Shown piece after piece: positions 16,355 through 19,756 of a stretch of 19,756 nt of DNA. The stretch is from Candidatus Odinarchaeota archaeon (lineage in GTDB: Archaea > Asgardarchaeota > Odinarchaeia > Odinarchaeales > Odinarchaeaceae). Where the stretch lies: the NCBI GenBank assembly GCA_038826135.1, contig JAWBON010000020.1, forward strand, positions 1 to 19,756, read 5' to 3'. The notes under the pieces are model-generated. The model made no database searches and was not told where the DNA came from. It saw nothing but the letters and a program-made list of their open reading frames with translations. The first letter of the stretch is position 1, and every line of letters starts with the position of its first letter. Both the position numbers and the translations under genes were made by a program.

Positions 16355-17212
16355 ATGCCTCTTAAAAACCAAGTGAACACGAGTGGGAGAAAGGGTTTAA
16401 TAGGTGTTATAGGAGGGTCGGGTTTCTATAAACTCTTAGAGGACGCCGAGTTAAAGATTATTGAAACACCTTTTGGGCCTTCCCCACCCTTATCAATAGG
16501 TTACATAGGAGAGGTTGAAGTTGTATTCCTACCCAGACATGCTAAGCCTTCTGATGATAAAATAAGCCATTCTATCCCGCCACATGCAATAAACTATAAA
16601 GCTAACATATTTTCATTACACAAGTTAAATGTTCAGAGAATTATCGCCACCCACTCCTGCGGTAGTATGAAAAAGATCATTAAGCCGGGTAGACTCGTTC
16701 TGCCGGATCAGTTCATAGATATGACTAAAAGAAGAGATTCTAGTTTCTTTAACGGTGATGGATATTGGAAACCGGATTTGAAAACCACGGTTGATGCCCT
16801 CCATGTGGATGTTACAAAACCATTCTGTCCTGAATTAAACCAAATAATATACAGTGTGTGCGGTGAGTTTGGCGCCAAACCTTTACTGAGAGGGGTTTAC
16901 GTTTGCACAGAGGGGCCTAGGTTTGAAACACCGGCGGAGATTAAATTCTTTAAGATGATCGGAGGGGATATTGTAGGCATGACACTTATACCGGAGCTTG
17001 TATTAGCCCGTGAGCTGGGCATCTGTTATTCTTCAATATCCCTTGTCTCAAATTACGCTGCAGGAGTCTCTGAGGAGAAGGTAACATTTAAAGAGGTTAT
17101 AACCGGATTTGAAAAAAACAGGGATTTACTATTTAAGATTTTAAAAAAGGCAATCACTAGAATACCGGTAGAGAAAAGCTGCGGATGTGGTAGTAACCTA
17201 AAAGAGTGTTAA
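16355..17212 (+). CDS. MTAP/PNP-family nucleoside phosphorylase, probably 6-oxopurine or methylthioinosine-specific
   Basis: IGVIGGSG, FLPRH, PPHAINYKANI, PDQFIDMT, EGPRFETPAE, VGMT, SNYAAG; GGGAGGG SD before ATG 16355. Confidence 0.9.
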   Translation: MPLKNQVNTSGRKGLIGVIGGSGFYKLLEDAELKIIETPFGPSPPLSIGYIGEVEVVFLPRHAKPSDDKISHSIPPHAINYKANIFSLHKLNVQRIIATHSCGSMKKIIKPGRLVLPDQFIDMTKRRDSSFFNGDGYWKPDLKTTVDALHVDVTKPFCPELNQIIYSVCGEFGAKPLLRGVYVCTEGPRFETPAEIKFFKMIGGDIVGMTLIPELVLARELGICYSSISLVSNYAAGVSEEKVTFKEVITGFEKNRDLLFKILKKAITRIPVEKSCGCGSNLKEC

Positions 17213-17233
17213 CAGTAATCCCGGAATATTTCA

Positions 17234-17953
17234 TCAAACATACATTCCCTTATTTCCTTCAGTGTCTCTAACTTCCTGCTGCTCTATTACCTCTCTCAAT
17301 TCTTTTTCAATAGTCTCTGCGTCGCTTAACAATTGCTCTGTGTTAATGTCCAAACCGCATATTTTATTAATAACTTTAATAGCGTTTGACGCAGCCCGTG
17401 GATCAGGTCTGCCCTGCTCAGCGTACGGTAACAGCGCTATTCCAGGAAAATTATTAATTTCAAAATACATTAACATAAGCGCTAAAGGACCGGTGACGAA
17501 GAGGCCTTTCTCCAGTGTCTGAACTCCGAGTTCACCGGAGTTTAAACTATATCTTTTAGTGTGAATGCATCTTACTATACTATCATCTTCCTGTTGGAAT
17601 CTATTATCTAAGCCGCCTACGAGAATAGCTTGTTTAAAACCAGAATTAACCACCCATTCAGCTATAACCTTACTGAATGCTTTCTGCTCTAGTCTATGAG
17701 GTTGGAAACGGCACATTAACAGTATAATATCCTTGTACTCGTAGAATTCAAATGGGAACACTAAACGCTTTTCATCCATACCTACAAAAGAGGGGTTCAG
17801 TTCAGAGTCAACATAGCCTATGTAACTGGCGTCTAAAGTCTCAACAATATGTCTTGTTGTAATGTAGCCTGTGACACCTATCCCGTGGAATCCGGTTATA
17901 AAAGTACAGTCTTTATAATTCCTCTGAGATTTAATATTTATAGATATACTCAA
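17234..17953 (-). CDS. PAC2-family proteasome assembly chaperone/activator (PbaA/PbaB-like)
   Basis: ITGFHGIGVTGYIT, ILVGGL, GPLALML, PDPRAASNAI...L.I.TEQLL..AE.IE; C-terminal GMYV (HbYX). Confidence 0.88.
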   Translation of the reverse strand: MSISINIKSQRNYKDCTFITGFHGIGVTGYITTRHIVETLDASYIGYVDSELNPSFVGMDEKRLVFPFEFYEYKDIILLMCRFQPHRLEQKAFSKVIAEWVVNSGFKQAILVGGLDNRFQQEDDSIVRCIHTKRYSLNSGELGVQTLEKGLFVTGPLALMLMYFEINNFPGIALLPYAEQGRPDPRAASNAIKVINKICGLDINTEQLLSDAETIEKELREVIEQQEVRDTEGNKGMYV

Positions 17954-18068
17954 TAAACCACCCCGGAAACAAAAAGGTTAAAATATTTTCTCTCATCTAA
18001 TTTTGTAAAGTTCAAAAAAGAAATCACTAATAATTAATATAAGAGTTTCTATTAGATGGTGCGGTTTA

Positions 18069-19331
18069 ATGGGTAAAATTACATGTTTAGGCGCTTGCCA
18101 AGAGGTGGGTGGTTCAGGTTTTCTTATAAACGCTAACAATCGAACTATTCTACTCGATTATGGAATCTATCTTAGAAGGAAAAACCCCTTCCCTATAACT
18201 GTAGCCCCGAAAGATGTGGATGCTATTTTTCTAAGCCACGCACACTTAGATCATTCAGGTGCACTTCCTCTGATGTATATTACCGGTAATCCTCCTATTT
18301 ACGCTACTAAAATTACTATGGAGGTTTTAAGAGTATTACTTGAAGACTACCTGAATATTTCAGAGGCGATTCTACCATATGATGAAAGTGAAATAGATAA
18401 TATTAGAGAAAACCTTGTTAAAACAATGTACGGTGACATGGTTAACGTGGGTGATGGTTTCAATATAACTATTATCGATGCGGGTCATATTCCTGGAAGC
18501 TATATGGCGTTAATCGAGGTGAATAATAGAAAAATCCTTTATACAGGGGATATGAATATTAAAGACACGCTTCTAGTAAACGGTACTAAACCTAATTTAC
18601 CTGAAATAGATTATTTAATAATAGAGAGCACTTATGCTTTAACTAATCATCCACCTAGAGAGGAGCTTGAAAGAGAGTTCGTTAATTCCATTAATGAAGT
18701 TGTCGAAGGCGGCGGGGTTGTTTTAGTCCCAGCCTTCGCTCTTAGTCGAAGCCAAGAGGTTTTATGTATTTTGAAAAAACATGGTTTTAAACATCATGTT
18801 ATACTGGATGGTATGGCTAGAGAAATAAGTAGCATATTTCTCAAGCACCCTAAATATTTCAGAGATTTTAAACTGTTAAGAGAAGCTCATAGCGCCGTGG
18901 ATTATGTTAACGGTCGTAAAGACAGGGAGATAGTTGTTAAACAGGGAGGGGTTATTATATCTCCAGCTGGGATGTTAAGCGGTGGTGCTGCATTATACTA
19001 TGCTAGGCAAATAGCTAACAGTGATAAGCATGCTATATTCATAGTAGGCTATCAGCTACCTAGCACTCCTGGAAGAATTTTATTAGAAACTAAGAAGCTG
19101 CCTTTCAACGGAGGATTATTAGACGTAAAATCACAGATTAAATATTTTGATTTTTCAGCGCATGCTGGACGTGAAGAGCTCACCGAGTTTATTAAAAACA
19201 CCCCTGGTAAACCAACAGTGATACCGATTCACGGTGAACCTGAATCCTGTAGAACATTAGCGGAGTTTGCGAGCGGGGAACTGGGGTTAAACACGTTTTT
19301 ACCGAAAAACGGTGATGTTATTGAAATATAG
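18069..19331 (+). CDS. KH-less beta-CASP metallo-beta-lactamase ribonuclease (aCPSF2/aCPSF1b-like)
   Basis: LLDYG, HAHLDHSG, AGHIPGS, YTGD, IESTY, PAFALSRSQE, GMLSGG, FSAHAG, IHGE; 420 aa with no N-terminal KH domains. Confidence 0.92.
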   Translation: MGKITCLGACQEVGGSGFLINANNRTILLDYGIYLRRKNPFPITVAPKDVDAIFLSHAHLDHSGALPLMYITGNPPIYATKITMEVLRVLLEDYLNISEAILPYDESEIDNIRENLVKTMYGDMVNVGDGFNITIIDAGHIPGSYMALIEVNNRKILYTGDMNIKDTLLVNGTKPNLPEIDYLIIESTYALTNHPPREELEREFVNSINEVVEGGGVVLVPAFALSRSQEVLCILKKHGFKHHVILDGMAREISSIFLKHPKYFRDFKLLREAHSAVDYVNGRKDREIVVKQGGVIISPAGMLSGGAALYYARQIANSDKHAIFIVGYQLPSTPGRILLETKKLPFNGGLLDVKSQIKYFDFSAHAGREELTEFIKNTPGKPTVIPIHGEPESCRTLAEFASGELGLNTFLPKNGDVIEI

Positions 19332-19374
19332 GTGTATAGGCTGATTTTAAATCACTGGTAAAGCGGGTAGTTGA

Positions 19375-19756
19375 ATGAATTATAAAAACCTGTTATCTAA
19401 ACTAGACCAGTGTTTTCTATTTTTAACATTTCCAGTTTTAAGTTTTCTAATATCATCCCTTTGGACAGCTCTACTAATACCCGCTGACATAACATATTTC
19501 ACACAACTTTTACCCGAGTATGGGTTAAATATCACATGGAGCATATTCTACGCTACGATATTTATTATAATAGCGTTAGTATCAGCTTTTATAATCTATT
19601 ATTTGATAGAGAAGAATAAGGAATTAATTTTAAAATATCTTCTGGGGTTCTGTATCTCCTTTGTTATAATTATAATACTTCCAATGTATACTTCAATTAT
19701 ACTCGGATGGCTTAACTTAGATCTGCTAGCCTCCATGATGATATTCTCATCATCTA
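19375..19756 (+). CDS. 5'-partial polytopic membrane protein, possibly a presenilin/SPP-like (A22) intramembrane aspartyl protease
   Basis: Own translation, not in the ORF track: open from ATG 19375 to the window end (127 codons), MNYKNLLSKLDQCFLFLTFPVLSFLISSLW...ATIFIIIALVSAFIIYYLIEKNKELILKYLLGFCISFVIIIILP...; about 4 TM segments. The CDS is well supported, the family call is tentative because catalytic motifs would lie beyond the window. Confidence 0.6.
   Translation, partial: MNYKNLLSKLDQCFLFLTFPVLSFLISSLWTALLIPADITYFTQLLPEYGLNITWSIFYATIFIIIALVSAFIIYYLIEKNKELILKYLLGFCISFVIIIILPMYTSIILGWLNLDLLASMMIFSSS

Noticed and set aside
2017-17522. Antisense or nested ORFs in the track (2017-2388, 5081-5377, 6696-6905, 6902-7273, 7872-8090, 8752-8949, 8822-9010, 9217-9579, 9703-9888, 12931-13164, 13189-13374, 14103-14393, 14173-14358, 15508-15792, 15665-16033, 17262-17522)
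   Set aside because: All lie opposite well-supported genes and show no recognisable motifs; they are best explained as shadow ORFs.

Overview
AT-rich archaeal chromosomal window, almost fully coding, with no mobile element, CRISPR array, rRNA or tRNA recognisable. Gene content suggests a TACK/Asgard-type lineage, but that is an inference only. (1) 1-7.8 kb: a rearranged form of the conserved archaeal information-processing superoperon on the minus strand: rpoD-rpl18e-rpl13-rps9-rpoN-rps2-mvk-ipk-fni-rpl7ae-rps28e-rpl24e-[ndk]-probable infB start. rps13/4/11, rpoK and eno are absent. ndk is inverted in place and carries an ~85 aa C-terminal extension. The rpl7ae leader holds a K-turn-like element next to the SD sequence. 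(2) 7.8-11.6 kb: trmO/tsaA, malic enzyme, fibrillarin and nop5. (3) 11.7-16.2 kb: a pterin/F420 C1 cluster, the most novel-looking part. An ECF S-component plus two divergent Mer-like F420-dependent (LLM) oxidoreductases is transcribed divergently from a winged-helix regulator plus dihydroneopterin aldolase mptD, with mtd converging. The shared promoter region has three TGTA-N6-TACA-type palindromes spaced exactly 20 bp apart. (4) 16.3-19.8 kb: an MTAP/PNP-family phosphorylase, a PAC2-family protein ending in HbYX, a KH-less beta-CASP nuclease, and the 5' part of a polytopic membrane protein that may be presenilin-like and is missing from the ORF track.
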